In this document: one piece after another, positions 26,001 through 38,200 of the stretch
Layout of the letters: each line of letters opens with the position of its first letter
Position numbering within the stretch: position 1 is the first letter of the stretch
Notes under the pieces: generated by a model
What the model saw: the letters and a program-made list of their open reading frames with translations, nothing else
Database searches by the model: none
What the model was told of the DNA's origin: nothing
Assembly: GCA_035084275.1 (NCBI GenBank)
Contig: CM068768.1
Location: 7,812,001 to 7,876,000, forward strand
DNA: 64,000 nucleotides
DNA from: Hydrolagus colliei
Lineage: Eukaryota
Direction: 5' to 3'
Translations under genes and position numbers: made by a program

Positions 26001-29000
26001 TGGTGAAGGAGATCATCGAGGACATCACTCCCATCACCACAGCCAGCGAGACGGCAGCTGAACTCACCCAGATTCTACAAGAACCCCACTTTCAGGTGAG
26101 AGAGAGAGAGAGAGAGTACGAGATCGCGAGTGTGTGTGTAAGTGAGTAAATGGAAGAAAAGCAGACATCTTTAAGAGAGTCAGCCGCGGCACACTGCTGT
26201 TTTGTCCTCCTTCAATGCCATGCATTCTCTATGACCCTTTGCAAGTGTTTAACTGTGTATTTCTTTTTAACACAAGGCAAACAGCTACAAAACATCTCCA
26301 GCTCCACTTGCCCCCCACTCCCACCCAACCTCCCCCCTTCCCCCCTCCTCCCCACTCCCCCACCATAGTTAAATTACAGCCTAATGTGTGTAACACTGTG
26401 TGCGGGGAGATAAATTCCACGAAGGAATTGTGCAGATGAAATCTATTATCTAGCGTTCAGTACTGGGCAGGTTCTTCTGACAATAATCCTTGCATTTGAT
26501 GTGGAACCTTATCACATCTTAGCCACGTCTCACAGCCCTTCACGGAATGTGTTGGAAAGTGAATTGACTGTATATTTTGGGGACCGCGACTTAAGTTTGG
26601 TAAATGTCGCTACGGTGAATAAACCCTTAGGTTTCGGTAACCTAAAAGGCTAAAACGCTGGTGATGGAATTGATGAAATTCCAGCGTGCTGTAGTCTAAT
26701 TTATTGCACAATACCGAACGAGGTTCTGGGCAACCGGACACCGATGCAATCTACATCTCTCGAACAGAACGCAATTAAATAAGGAGCTTGACAGACGAAC
26801 CCTCTCTGTCGGTTTGGAGATACGGTGAAGCGAGTGGTAAATCCGGTTGATCTGTTTCATCACAGCCTCCTCTTGTGCTGTAAAATTCTCCCGATTCTAC
26901 GAACAACCTGCGTGTGCAGGACATCAGTGCTCTGGTCACGCGGGATAGCGCCCGAGAGCGCTTGTCCTATCAGAAGGTGTGGGGGGGGCGCGGGGGGTGG
27001 GGGAGGGGGCAGGGTGTACGGAGGACATTGACCGATCACCCCCACCATCCCCCCCTCATCTCATCCCCCCTCTTCTCTCTCCCCTCTGTCCTCTGCAGTC
27101 ACTGCTGGAAGCTCACGATTCCGTGGCGTCCAAAAACTACGACACTCCTCCGCCAAGCCCGGCGTCGATGATGGACACGGCGTTAAACAACCAGCCTGTG
27201 CCCCCGGACGCTGTCAGGATGGTGGGGATCCGCAAGACCAAGGGAGAGCACCTGGTAGGTAACAACAGCTTCCATTCAGCGCCTTGTGACGTCCGCCCCA
27301 CGTGAAAAGCCCTCCATACGTGTAATTTTGTTGTTGTTGTTGTTGTTGTATTCACCCCCCCCCCCCCCGCCCTTGCCTGTTCAGGTGCCCGATAAAGAAA
27401 CCTTTAGAGTAACAATAATAATAATAATAATCGTAATCCTCACGTTTGATAATAACGCCTTGTCACGCCTTCGAAACGTCCCAAAGGGACTTTGGTGTCG
27501 AAGTGCCTCAGGTGGTCTTCCTCTAAAGACCGCGTATTCGAAGGCGACTTGCGCCCAGCGACGTCCCACAAACAGCCGTTGAACCGAAAGATCATTTTTT
27601 TCATATATACATACTGGGAAGAGAGAGGGAGAGGTGGTGGGGGGGGGGGGGGGAGGGCGAGGCGAAAGGAGTGAGGAAGGGAGTTCCAGAGCCTCGGGGC
27701 GTGGTGGTTGAAGGCACGGCCGCCGAGGCGAGGCGGAGGATTGGCGGGGACATGGAGGAGGCCGGACATGGCGGAGGGAAGGCAGCGGCTTGAGGAGAGA
27801 GGAGGTCAGAGAGTAGTGGGTGGTGGGTGCAGAGGAGTAGAGGGATTTGAAAACAAGGGTGAGAATCTTGAAGTCGATCCTCTGGGGGCCAGTGAAGCCT
27901 GGCGAGGACTGGGGTAAATGGGGGAGCGGAGTTCGGCGAGGGGTGAGCTTGCGTGTGGGCGGCGGAGTTTTGGCTCCAAAACGTACCTAGAACGGGGCGA
28001 AGAATGGCCTGACCGGCGCGGGTGACCTTTGCAGGGGGTGACGTTCCGAGTGGAGGGGGGCGAGCTGGTGATCGCACGCATCCTGCACGGCGGGATGATC
28101 GACCAGCAGGGCCTGCTCCACGTGGGCGACATCATCAAGGAGGTGAACGGCAAGGAGGTGTGCAACGACCCCAAGGTCCTCCAGGAGATGCTGCAGAACG
28201 CCAGTGGCAGTGTCATCCTCAAGATCCTCCCCAGTTACCAGGAACCGCAGCCTCCCCGACAGGTAGGGAACAAGTCGGTGTTCGTCAACGTTAACACCGA
28301 ATGAATAATTACCCTCTTCCCCCCCCCCCCACCCTCTCCCTCCCCCACTTTCTCCCCAGGCCCCATTTCCGCGACTGTTTGTGGGACACCGCTGTGCGCA
28401 ATTCGGCTGCCGCGTTTCGCTCACAAATATACAGTCAATTTTCCCACTCTCCTGCCTCGATACCTATCCTTGAACCTGGTGAAATGGAAACTCAGCGATC
28501 CATCAGTTAACCTTTCCCTCCCTCCCTCCCTCCCTCCCCTCGCTTCCCTTCCCCTCCCTCCCTTGCGCGCCCTCCACAATCTTGCCCCTCCCCCCCCCCC
28601 CCTCCAGCTTGTTCAGTCAAGGAAATAAACGATCCTCTGTCACTCCAGTAATAATGGATGTAATTACGACTGAAGCAATCTTTTGAAAGCCCTAATTTAT
28701 CCTCCTCCGCGCTGCCACTAAGTCTCTCTCCTTTTTTGGCTGTTCTTTTCTAATGTAACCGTGCTCTGACATTTCCAGCCCTGTCAGCTCATTGCTCTGC
28801 TTAAAGAGGGAGTCACGCTTCAGTCAAGCTGCTCTCCTCCTTTGCTCGATGTCTCTATGGTTCCTTTTTCCATCAATGCCTCCAGTAGTCACTTAGTTTA
28901 GTTGGTTCCTCGCAAGTGGTGAGGACCAGGATTCGATTCCCAGGCCAATTTCCTTACCCTTCCTTAATACACTGTAAAGTGAATTGACTGTAGGTAAGAA

Positions 29001-32000
29001 CCCAGATGTTAGTCAATTGGCAGATCGCTTTTCAGGGATAATCATCCCTTCAACATGTATATAATCGCTTGGTGAGTCAATCCGTGACTGTTTGTGGGAC
29101 CCAGCTGAGCGCAGTTGGCTGCCGTGTTTCATCCCCCAATATGGACAGTCAAAACGTTGACTCTTTTTCCTCTCTCCATGGATGCTGCCTGACCTGCTGA
29201 GTTTCCCCGGCGACTTCTGTTTTTGTTTCAGAATCCCCACCATGTGTAGTATTTTGTGTTTGGTTTTATAATTATTATGGAGATCATGTAGGCAGGCGCA
29301 CCAGGCTCTAATTTATAATAATAATAATATTCCTTGCAGTTGATAAAGCGCTTTTCACGTCTTCTAGACGTCTCAAAGCGCTTCACCGAATATACTGTAA
29401 AGTGAATTGACAATATTTGGGGGGGGGGGGCGAAACACGGCAGCCAATTGCGCACAGCAGCGTCCCTCACAAACAGTCTTGGATTGAAATGACCAATTTA
29501 TTATAGTTTTTTTTAAGGTTTTATTATTAGGCATGTGGAATAAGGAAACTTGCCCAACACTGGCTGAGACTAATTCCTCCCTAACCCAGCGGGACAGTTA
29601 GCTCAATGTCCCCAAAATGGGGCTCGAACCCACGTAACTACCTCCTGCCTCTTGGAGGCAAGAGAAACAGACAGTGGAGCACGGAATGAATCAATTCGTG
29701 CGTGCGTAGTACGATTCATAGTAAGACAGCATTGAGGTAACTCGGACCATGTTTTGGGTAAAAGCATCGGATGTAGGAAAAGACTATTTATTCCAGTTCA
29801 GTTCCCCCAAAGTAGCCAACTGAAGGACTTAACAGTGTCAAACCCAAAGGTTACGTTTGGCAGGTAGACACTTGGTCAAAATTCCATTCCCCGACCTCCA
29901 TAAAAGGAATACAATCCAATTGAATGGTTTCCTAAGGCTACAGATGAGATGCAAAAGCAGCCAACCTTGCGTGTACTTAATTAGAACCCCCGGCCTCCCC
30001 AGAACTGCGGAGAGCCATTTCAAGACATTAAGTATGATGTCGGTAGGATGTCCCAAGGCACAATTATTATTTGATACGGTGTCTTTCACTGCAAGGGGAC
30101 GTGTTTGAGATATAAAGGCTTAATTTTGCGACATCGGCTTGAAGTGAAGCCTTTGTATCAACAAGTGATGATAGTTATTTTGTGTTCGACATCTTATCGC
30201 GCTGTATTGAAGTGTCTCGAAGAGACAGTAAAATGATTGACTGACCGACCGAATATAAATGTAAAACCGAATGTTTTATGTATCATATTTGTGCTTTCAC
30301 GTAATATACAACAACTCCCGATTTATATAACGCCCTCCACGCCAGACGGCGTCTCAGAGCGCTTCACAATAACGGATCTCGGGACCGAGGACCCCCCCCC
30401 CCCTCCCTCCCCCCATCAGCGTCAGACTAGACCGTGCAGATAATAATAATAATAATAATATAAAAATAATGATATAATATTGAGGCCTTGAATCCACAAC
30501 CTTCTCGACTTGGGGAGGGGTGGGTGGTGGGTGGGGTGCGGGTGAGTGGTGGGGGGGGCAAGAGCTCTAACCTGAGCCAGGCTGACAACCCTGCTTCCAT
30601 TTGGCCTTCAGGTCTTCGTGAAGTGTCACTTTGAGTACGATCCGAGCATTGACAACCTCATCCCCTGCAAGGAGGCTGGGTTGAAATTTGCGTGTGGCAA
30701 TATTCTGCAGATTGTGAATCAGGAAGATCTCAACTGGTGGCAGGTGAGTTAGTTGCCCAACCACACATGTATTCCACCGTATTCCAACACAATACATAAT
30801 ACCGTATATTAATAATATCAATAAATAACGCTTAATAATAATAATGATGAATAATCCTTGCATTTGACACAGCGTCTTAGTCACCCACATATATACAGTC
30901 AATTCATTTTACAGTATATTGGTGGGAAGAGGTGCGGCTAGTGGGGTAAGGGGTAGGGGGTGGCGGGGAGGGTGGGGAAGGGGGTGTGGCGGGCGTGATC
31001 TGTCTCTTGACTCATTCGTGATCAGTCTGAATAAGTTCACATTGGTTCCCCAACCAGGCCTGTCACACAAAGGAGGGTGGGAGCGCAGGCTTAATTCCAA
31101 GCCAGCTCTTGGAGGAAAAGAGGAAAGCTTTTGTGAAACGGGATTGGGACTTCTCCCCTTCCTCAGGTGAGTGCTGCGTAATTTTGACAAGCNNNNNNNN
31201 NNNNNNNNNNNNNNNNNNNNNNNNNNNNNNNNNNNNNNNNNNNNNNNNNNNNNNNNNNNNNNNNNNNNNNNNNNNNNNNNNNNNNNNNNNNNNNNNNNNN
31301 NNNNNNNNNNNNNNNNNNNNNNNNNNNNNNNNNNNNNNNNNNNNNNNNNNNNNNNNNNNNNNNNNNNNNNNNNNNNNNNNNNNNNNNNNNNNNNNNNNNN
31401 NNNNNNNNNNNNNNTCCATCTCGAGACTTAATAGCTCTTTTCAAAGAGCCGGCCACAGGCTCGATAGGCCGAATGGCCTCCATTTGTGCCGTAAAACTCT
31501 GTTAAAAAAAAAAAAAAAAAAAATCTACCCTCAGAGCTTTGCTCTCATGTTACTATTTGTTCCAGGAGGTCTGTGTGGGAGCATAGGCGGCAAGAAGAAA
31601 AAAAAGATGATGTATCTCACCACCAAAAATGCCGGTGGGTATGGTCTGATGGTTGCTCATTGGGACGTCCTCCTGACGTGAAAGGCGCTATACAGGTGTA
31701 ATGTTGTTGCTGCCATCTCTAAACCCTCAAAGGCACAAGTGTGAGCTGCCAAATGCGCCAAATGAAAACCAATGGTCCATCGGTAGATTAGGCTGGATCA
31801 CCCTAAGACCTACCGCTCCGCCCTTGGCTCTGCCAAGTCCTCCTCCTACTCCCAAGTTAATCTCGGAGGCCAAGGTATTCCCCCCGGGGCTCTGTCCTTG
31901 ACCCTCTATTTTCAATATCTGCATATCCCTCCCTCAGTGACACCCAACTCTATCTTTCTACCCATCGCAAGCGTGAGGACTCGGGTTCAATTCCCGGGTG

Positions 32001-34480
32001 AGACCAGGGCAAGTTTCCCCATCCAATTACCTAGAGATATGTAAGGGAGGTATATTGCTAGGTGATTGGTGGATCGCTTTCCATGGGGGGACATTAATCC
32101 CTTCGAAAGGAAATAAGCAAATAAATTGGTCCCTCAGTCCACCACTGTTTTTGGGGCACTGGCGTGTATCATTGGCTGCCGTGATTCTTTCAAAAATACA
32201 GTCAACTCACTTTACGGTATAGTCTGTCAAGCGCTTGAATGCATCCTTCTGATGTTACATCAAATGCTAAGATTATGATGAGGATGATGATAATAAAAAA
32301 AAACGCTTCACGGGAAAATGCTCTTGAAGTGAATTGACTATATTTTGTGGGCGAAACGCAGCGGCCGATCGATTGAGGTTCCCAGATGATGATTCCCAGT
32401 GAAGGGCTTTGCGAGGTTACCGGCGAATGAGTGTGCGTCGACGTGAATGCAATTTCCCCACTGTGTTCAATCCTCAGAGTTCGATCGCCACGAGCTGCTG
32501 ATCTATGAGGAGATGGCAAAGATGCCTCCATTTCAGAGGAAGACCCTGGTCCTCATCGGAGCCCAAGGAGTTGGAAGAAGAAGCTTGAAAAACAGGCTCA
32601 TCTTGTCCGAGCCCAAACGCTTTGGAACCACCATCCCTTGTAAGTCCCTCCGGTCGTGGCCTCAGACTGAACGATGTGACAATGTTTGATTTCCGCTTAC
32701 ACCACTAAAGTGGAGCGTCCTGTAGCTCGGTGGTTAGAGCCGCTCACTCGCTTTACAAATGTGAGACCTGTGTTCGAATCCAGGCAGGTCAGGGCGAAAC
32801 CTTGGGCAAGTTTCCTTACTCCAAACACGCACGCACGCACACACAAGAATAACCCCCCAAAAAAACCTACAATAAATTGGTCATTTCAATCCATGGCTGT
32901 TTGTGGTGGGGACGCCATTGTGCGCAATTGGCTGCCGCGTTTTGCCCACAAATATACAGTCAATTCACTTTACAGTCTATTCTGTGAAGCGCTTTGAGAC
33001 GTCTAGAAGACGTGAAATGCGCTACATCAAAAATGCAAGGATTATTATTACTACCATTATTATTATAAGCAACGTATCCAATCAAATAAATGCCGTGAGC
33101 TCCCAATGTTGCAGTCTGCCCGCGTGATCGATTCACGGTCTGTGCGTTCCCTTTCCCCCCCCGCAGTCACCTCCCGCAAGGCGAAGGACGATGAAAAGGA
33201 CGGTCAGGTGTACGCCTTTGTGTCTCGCAACGAAATGGAGAACGATGTCAAAGGCGGGCGTTACCTGGAGCACGGCGAGTACGAAGGGAATCTTTACGGC
33301 ACCAAGATTGACTCCATCCACAGGGTCGTCGAATCCGGGAAGGTCTGCATCTTGGATGTAAACCCCCAGGTATGGTAAGCCGGTGAGGGAGGGGGGGAGG
33401 AGGGAGGGGGGGGAGGGAGGGAGGGATGATGGTGGGGGAGGAGGCTAAGTCGGACACACGGCCATTACTGGAGGGGGAATGTTTTAATGGGGCAACGGTA
33501 ATCTCTCCGGATCTGTATCTTTCGAAGGCTTTGAAGGTCCTGAGAACGTCTGAATTCATGCCCTACGTGGTTTTCATCGAGGCCCCAGATCTCGACACCC
33601 TCCGGGCCATGCACAAGGCAGCCATCGACGCGGGAGTCACCACCAAACAGTTGACCGTAAGCGCAGTCTTGCTTGTGTCGATGTCGCGTAAAAGGGCATT
33701 GGTATATACAGGTATCCTCCCCCCTCCCCACCCCCACCCCACTCCCGATTTACGGCAGGGTTGCGTTCCTGAAAGAATGTCACCCAAATCGAAACGCCGT
33801 AAATCGAAACGCGGTTTCCCCGCACGGTCCCATGGAATACACCGTGTACTGCGGCATGCGCACAAACAGAACCGCCAAACTTTTTTCTCGTTAGGACGAA
33901 ACCGAATGTCGTATATCGATCAAAAAGGTGTTTAAAAAAAAATGATGTGGGTTAAATGGAAACCATGTCAATAGAAACGTCGTAAATTGGGGGGGGGGGG
34001 GGACGTCGGTACTGCACAAAAGTGGGACCGTTAGATCAGACCATTTGTCCCATCGAGTCTGAACATGCGATACCGAATCCTGGAGGTCAGTGGTCCACGA
34101 CTATTTGTAGGGTAGAAAATACACAGTGAGTTGACTTGATAGTCTGTGTTCTGTGAAGCGCTTTGAGGCTTCTCAATGACATGATAGGGCACTTTATTGA
34201 GATAAATACTGTACAAATCTCTGCAAAGTGCAGTTATAATATTTCATAAATGTTTCATTTCTCCCCCCACCACAACCCCCACCACCCCCCTCCAAAAAAA
34301 AAGGACTCGGATTTGAAGAAAACAGTGGATGAAAGCTGCCGAATTCAACGCTGCTACAATCACTACTTTGACTACATCATTGGGAACGATAACCTGGATC
34401 AGGCCTTTCATAAACTCCAGTCGACAATGGAGAAACTGTGCACAGAACCCCAGTGGGTGCCGGTTAGCTGGGTTTACTAA
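10318..34480 (+). CDS. MPP2: MAGUK p55 scaffold protein (L27-L27-PDZ-SH3-HOOK-GuK), MPP2-like; 12 coding exons, about 555 aa
   Basis: Phase-consistent exon chain: 10318-10348, 24081-24199, <25956-26095, 27099-27254, 28035-28262, 30612-30743, 31058-31166, 31566-31634, 32478-32639, 33167-33369, 33528-33656, 34304-34480. It reads [19 protein letters not shown]...[20 protein letters not shown]...IPCKEAGL...[12 protein letters not shown]...[12 protein letters not shown]6/PALS2 is the close alternative name. Confidence 0.9.
11245..11607 (+). mobile_element. tRNA-derived SINE, full length
   Basis: Head, (CA)n linker, core and tail all present. Confidence 0.88.
12625..12950 (-). mobile_element. tRNA-derived SINE
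   Basis: Reverse head and core with (GT)n linker. Confidence 0.84.
14276..14904. mobile_element. Composite SINE: + head and core, then an inverted head; carries an internal insertion
   Basis: Begins gtggagtacctgtag and ends ctacaggactccac. Confidence 0.8.
15560..16380 (+). promoter_or_regulatory. CpG-rich candidate internal promoter for the alternative MPP2 exon
   Basis: Many CG dinucleotides, a GGGA-rich tract and no SINEs around the 16079 exon. Function is inferred. Confidence 0.45.
16079..16166 (+). CDS. MPP2: Probable alternative first coding exon of MPP2 ([29 protein letters not shown]+G)
   Basis: ggcATGt start, 88 nt (phase 1, compatible with acceptor 24081), strong GAG|GTAAGG donor, inside a CpG-rich, repeat-poor island. 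Confidence 0.6.
16449..16606. repeat. Imperfect (TG)n repeat running into an assembly gap
   Basis: Directly visible. Confidence 0.9.
16607..16895. other. Assembly gap
   Basis: N run. Confidence 0.99.
17790..18100 (-). mobile_element. tRNA-derived SINE
   Basis: Reverse tail, core and head. Confidence 0.82.
19349..19527. repeat. Minisatellite, about 3 copies of a 55-59 bp unit
   Basis: gtcag(g/c)gttagagacac(a/g)gt(g/a)aag(c/t)tc(c/t)ctc...ctgtgcgtcc; units start at 19368, 19427, 19482. Confidence 0.88.
21435..21735 (+). mobile_element. tRNA-derived SINE
   Basis: Head, core and tail. Confidence 0.83.
23474..24050 (+). mobile_element. L2-clade LINE 3' end
   Basis: [14 protein letters not shown]...[22 protein letters not shown], then frameshifted [17 protein letters not shown]...LKTLLF; ends 30 nt before the MPP2 exon at 24081. 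Confidence 0.88.
24081..24199 (+). CDS. MPP2: MPP2 exon (L27N: [17 protein letters not shown]...VRSLAK)
   Basis: ctag|CTATGCAG ... AAG|gtatct; MPP2/MPP6 L27 sequence. Confidence 0.93.
25823..25955. other. Assembly gap hiding an MPP2 acceptor and exon start
   Basis: N run abutting coding sequence. Confidence 0.99.
25956..26095 (+). CDS. MPP2: MPP2 exon (L27C: [16 protein letters not shown]...EPHFQ); 5' end lost in assembly gap
   Basis: Starts at the edge of an N run; CAG|gtgaga donor. Confidence 0.92.
27099..27254 (+). CDS. MPP2: MPP2 exon ([14 protein letters not shown]...KTKGEHL)
   Basis: ctctgcag|TCA ... CTG|gtaggt; 156 nt. Confidence 0.92.
27650..27975 (-). mobile_element. L2-clade LINE fragment
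   Basis: QNSAAH...TPVLARLHW and [17 protein letters not shown] in different frames. Confidence 0.83.
28035..28262 (+). CDS. MPP2: MPP2 exon (PDZ domain)
   Basis: ttgcag|GGGGTG ... CAG|gtaggg; [32 protein letters not shown]. Confidence 0.95.
29318..29557 (-). mobile_element. tRNA-derived SINE (5'-truncated)
   Basis: Reverse tail and core. Confidence 0.83.
30612..30743 (+). CDS. MPP2: MPP2 exon (SH3: [24 protein letters not shown]...NWWQ)
   Basis: Translated by hand, not in the ORF track; ttcag|GTC ... CAG|gtgagt; 132 nt. Confidence 0.93.
31058..31166 (+). CDS. MPP2: MPP2 exon ([36 protein letters not shown])
   Basis: accag|GCC ... TCAG|gtgagt. Confidence 0.92.
31193..31414. other. Assembly gap
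   Basis: N run. Confidence 0.99.
31566..31634 (+). CDS. MPP2: MPP2 exon (HOOK: [22 protein letters not shown])
   Basis: ttccag|GA ... GCCG|gtgggt; basic HOOK motif. Confidence 0.92.
32478..32639 (+). CDS. MPP2: MPP2 exon (GuK start: [12 protein letters not shown]...[12 protein letters not shown])
   Basis: cctcag|AG ... CCTT|gtaagt. Confidence 0.94.
32712..33066 (+). mobile_element. tRNA-derived SINE, full length, in an MPP2 GuK intron
   Basis: Complete consensus-like copy with (TTA)n tail. Confidence 0.9.
33167..33369 (+). CDS. MPP2: MPP2 exon (GuK: [12 protein letters not shown]...[14 protein letters not shown]...DVNPQ)
   Basis: ccgcag|TC ... CAG|gtatgg. Confidence 0.94.
33528..33656 (+). 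CDS. MPP2: MPP2 exon (GuK: [20 protein letters not shown]...TKQLT)
   Basis: ttcgaag|GCT ... ACC|gtaagc; 129 nt. Confidence 0.92.
34304..34480 (+). CDS. MPP2: MPP2 last coding exon ([11 protein letters not shown]...[10 protein letters not shown])
   Basis: aag|GAC ... TAA; MPP-family C-terminus. Confidence 0.93.
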   Translation, partial: DSDLKKTVDESCRIQRCYNHYFDYIIGNDNLDQAFHKLQSTMEKLCTEPQWVPVSWVY

Positions 34481-34881
34481 CAGCCTCTGGAAGGCGTTGG
34501 GAGTGTGTTGGTTGGAATTGGAGCGAAATCAACCTTGTAGAAAGCAAAAAGTGGGTCCTAAACATAAACTGCCAGCGGCCTCCAGTTGGGTAGGTTACAG
34601 CTAGGAAGGTTGATTGGCCTTAACTCTCATTTCTCCCCTGGTTATCTCAATCTGATGGTCCGATTAAAAAAGGATTTTTTTTTAACGGAAAAAAATGTGA
34701 TAAATAAATTATCTCTGGCGTCTCTCTGACACGCCATTGGTGGCGGGGAATCCAGTACAGTAGGAAGGCAGTGATCAAAGCAAGTCAGGCCCTTTCGCTT
34801 ACTCGTGGCAATTTTTGTTGACCCCCCCCCCCGCCCCCGACCCCGGCAAATCCCTGTGTTCATCACATCGGTTTCACAAGT

Positions 34882-35200
34882 GGAGTCTTGAAGCTCAGTG
34901 GTTAGAGGCACTCGCCTTGGTGTTGCGAGCGAGAGACCTGGGTTTGATTCCCAACAGGTCAGGCCAGGCGAAACCTTGAGCAAGTTTAACTTACTCCACA
35001 AGCCTGACAATAATCCCTCGAGAGAAAAAACAATACAGTAATACTAATTTGGTCACTCTTAATCCGCGTTCAATTGAGTTTGTAGCTGCCGCGTTTTGCC
35101 CACAAGCATATACGTACAATTTACGATACATTCTGGGAAGCGCTTTGAGGCGTCTAGATGGCGTGAGAAGCGCTATATCAAACGCAAGGATTATTATTAT
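34882..35200 (+). mobile_element. tRNA-derived SINE in the presumptive MPP2 3'UTR
   Basis: Head and tail present; starts about 400 nt after the stop codon. Confidence 0.85.
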
Positions 35201-38200
35201 TTATTTATTTTAAGGTAAGTGGGTTGTCTCATCATCCCAACAGCCTTGTCTTGTTGCATTCCTCCAGAGATAGTATCAGCAGCATTGCGATCTGCGTTCA
35301 AGCTCGGAGAATGCGGGTTTGTGCTCAGTGTCATTTTTACACCCCTGTGCGCTTGGTTTAAAAGTCACTCATCTGACCTTGTTTGCAACTATGTGCAAGT
35401 AAGGTAGGTCAGAATTCACAAGAGCTCTGTCTCATGGCTATTCATTTTTTAGCCTCCGAAAATCACTCAATCGGGGATGCAGGACTGAGCAGAGCGAAAT
35501 CCCACCTGGGTCGAGATGTTGTGGCATTTGTGAGTGTCCAGAAATTGGAAAATTGCACACAAAACATGCAGTTAATTCACATTACACAATGGCGCTGTAT
35601 CAAACGCAAGGATTGTTCGTCGGCACATTGAATCTTAATGTCAGCTTTTTGCTCGTCCCTCAAAGGGCCTGCCAAAATCCAAGACTCTCCTAAACGCTAT
35701 GAAAACAAAAGTAAATCCAGAGCCAGGTGGTGGGATATAATTCTCTCGCTCCCCTCCCCTTCCGATCCGCCCTCGCTCCCCCCATCCCCGTGTCTCTGCA
35801 TTGCCAAATCTTTGACTGTTACATTGCAAATTGTCCAACTCATCCAGGAATCAAGGGCAATGTTACATTCTTCTGTGTCTGGATGGGAAACGCAAAAATA
35901 TTGTTGATGGGGCCCGCTGGCCTTTCTCAGATAAAATGAAAACAGAGAGAATCTGCTTCCATAACGCAAAGCGACTGCAAACTCAAAGAATCACGCCGAG
36001 ATAGAGATGTTCCAAAGGCCAGAACCACAGATTAGATTTTTCTTTGAGAAAAACACCCACTCGCACTCATACCCACGCACGCGCACGCACACCTGCGCTT
36101 GCACACGCTTAGCTGGCCAATTAACCGACCCATTTACAGGGTTGATATTGATCTCATCCTCCTAGCCCACCCCCCCCCCCCCCCCACCTCCCTCCTTCCC
36201 CACCCACCCCGACCCCAGGACCCACCCCACCCCAACCGGGCGCATTTTCCGCCACCGTTGACTTCAGAAACATTCCTCGCGTGGACTTTTTCAGAAAATA
36301 ATTATTACCGGTGAATACTTTCATCCTCAAAAAAAAACCCCACACAAAGGTTTTCTGTTTAGAGAGTATTTGTAAAGTACGATATCGTAGCTGCTGTCTC
36401 GAGAGAAAAAAAGATTCCGTGACTATTAATATTTTAGAGGCACCATCCCTGGATACTATTTATTCCCCACAGATCCTCTGTACAGCTTCCCCCTTGGTAT
36501 ACTTAAGACTTCTATTAGATGTTGTGTGTACGCTGTTATGTACACCCACTCTGTAGCCCACCCGGCTCTATACCTGCCAGTCCACAGCTGTTAGATAGAG
36601 GCCGAGTGTATTATTTTTTCTAGGGAAGACAAGAGAAGGGAAGGCAGACTTTAGGAATTAAACTACTGTATATTAATATAAGTAGAACGGTAGCCTTGGT
36701 TCATTTAGTTTTGTAATGTTTTTAAGTGCAACCCAATAACCAAAGGTGCTGCGTTTGCTTGTTCAAACAGCAAAGGTTTCTTCCCTTTCTGGTTCTGCGG
36801 GAAATGCTGCAAAATAATGCATTTTTTTCTGGTGGTGTCAATCAATCCCCGACGGACACGAATGGTAGGTGGGAAAGCTCTGCAAACTGTCTTGTTTTCT
36901 ATTCCTTTTTGAACTTTGTAAAAGATTTAGTAAAAACGAACTATACTATGTGTCATGTGTTGAAGGAATTTATGGCGTGGGTTTTGCTGGGTGAGGTAAG
37001 AGGGGAGGATAGGGCGGGAGAGAGATAATTTCTAGGTTTTAATGTGTGGGAGGTAATGTACATTTTTTATTGCTGGACGCAGAGAAAAACATGCCTGTGT
37101 GGCACTTTTTTTTTCCAATTAAAAATGTTTTCAACGCTCCTTGATAAACAACAACGACGACAAAATTACTCTTATATAGCGCCTTTCACGACAGGAGAAA
37201 GTGAAGACACAGCATCTGAAACACAAACGCAAAATGGCTGAGAGCACTCAGCAGGTCAGGCAGCATCTATGGAGAGAGGAAAGTTAACGTTTCAGGTGAC
37301 GATGTACTGAAACATTAACTCGCTTTTCCTTTGTCCATAGAAAATCGGTGTGTGTTTCTTTTGTTTAAAAAAAAATCGATTCAATTTAATTAGGCGATCA
37401 TTTCACAATCTGTAACCGCGTCACGGATTTCTGGGCAGTGGGTAAATCTTTCAGTGAGAGAAATCCAAGCTTTCCCTCTGTTATTTTAACTGCGATCGCT
37501 TAACGCCTTTTGCAACTTGCAACGTCCTCCCGACGTGAAAGGCGCTCCATCAATGTAATTTTGTTGTTGTTAATACCCCAATGAATTCTGCCCTTACTAT
37601 TTCCTTACTGAGGAACCCAGTCGGAAATTGTCACATGCAGTATTTAACATGCGCCTCAAGAACAAGCAGAGCTCGTTTTAACGGTTCACCCGAATGACGG
37701 CGCCTTCAGTGGTGGTAGTGTTTCCCCCTAACACTGCACTGGTGCGTCAGAATAGACTGTGAACTCAAAGCGCTTGACATAGGGCTGGAATCCATAGAAC
37801 TTGTTTTTGACTCAGAGGTGAGGCTGTTCACCATAGCCAGAATGACTATAATTATGACTAATAGTGACAGAAAATATTCCCACCCTGATATCTATTTCCT
37901 TATGATTAACCGATGTGATATATAACCACGGAAATTATGCATTATCTCCCACCATCAGTTTAAATGGTTTGCCTTCTACTCGATCAATTATTTTTCTGTA
38001 TGATTCAGACATTGTGTGTGTGTGGTGGGTGTGGTGTGTGTGTGTGTGAACAGTCTGGGCTAGATTCCACCCTTACCAGTCAAAAGTGTGAGACAAAAGA
38101 TATTATCCGTCTGAGAGTGCGTGCATCACAACTGTGACTTTGACTGCTTGTTTTTGTAAGCCAAACCCTACGTGTTTCATTCTGACCAGTGTTTTAAGTC

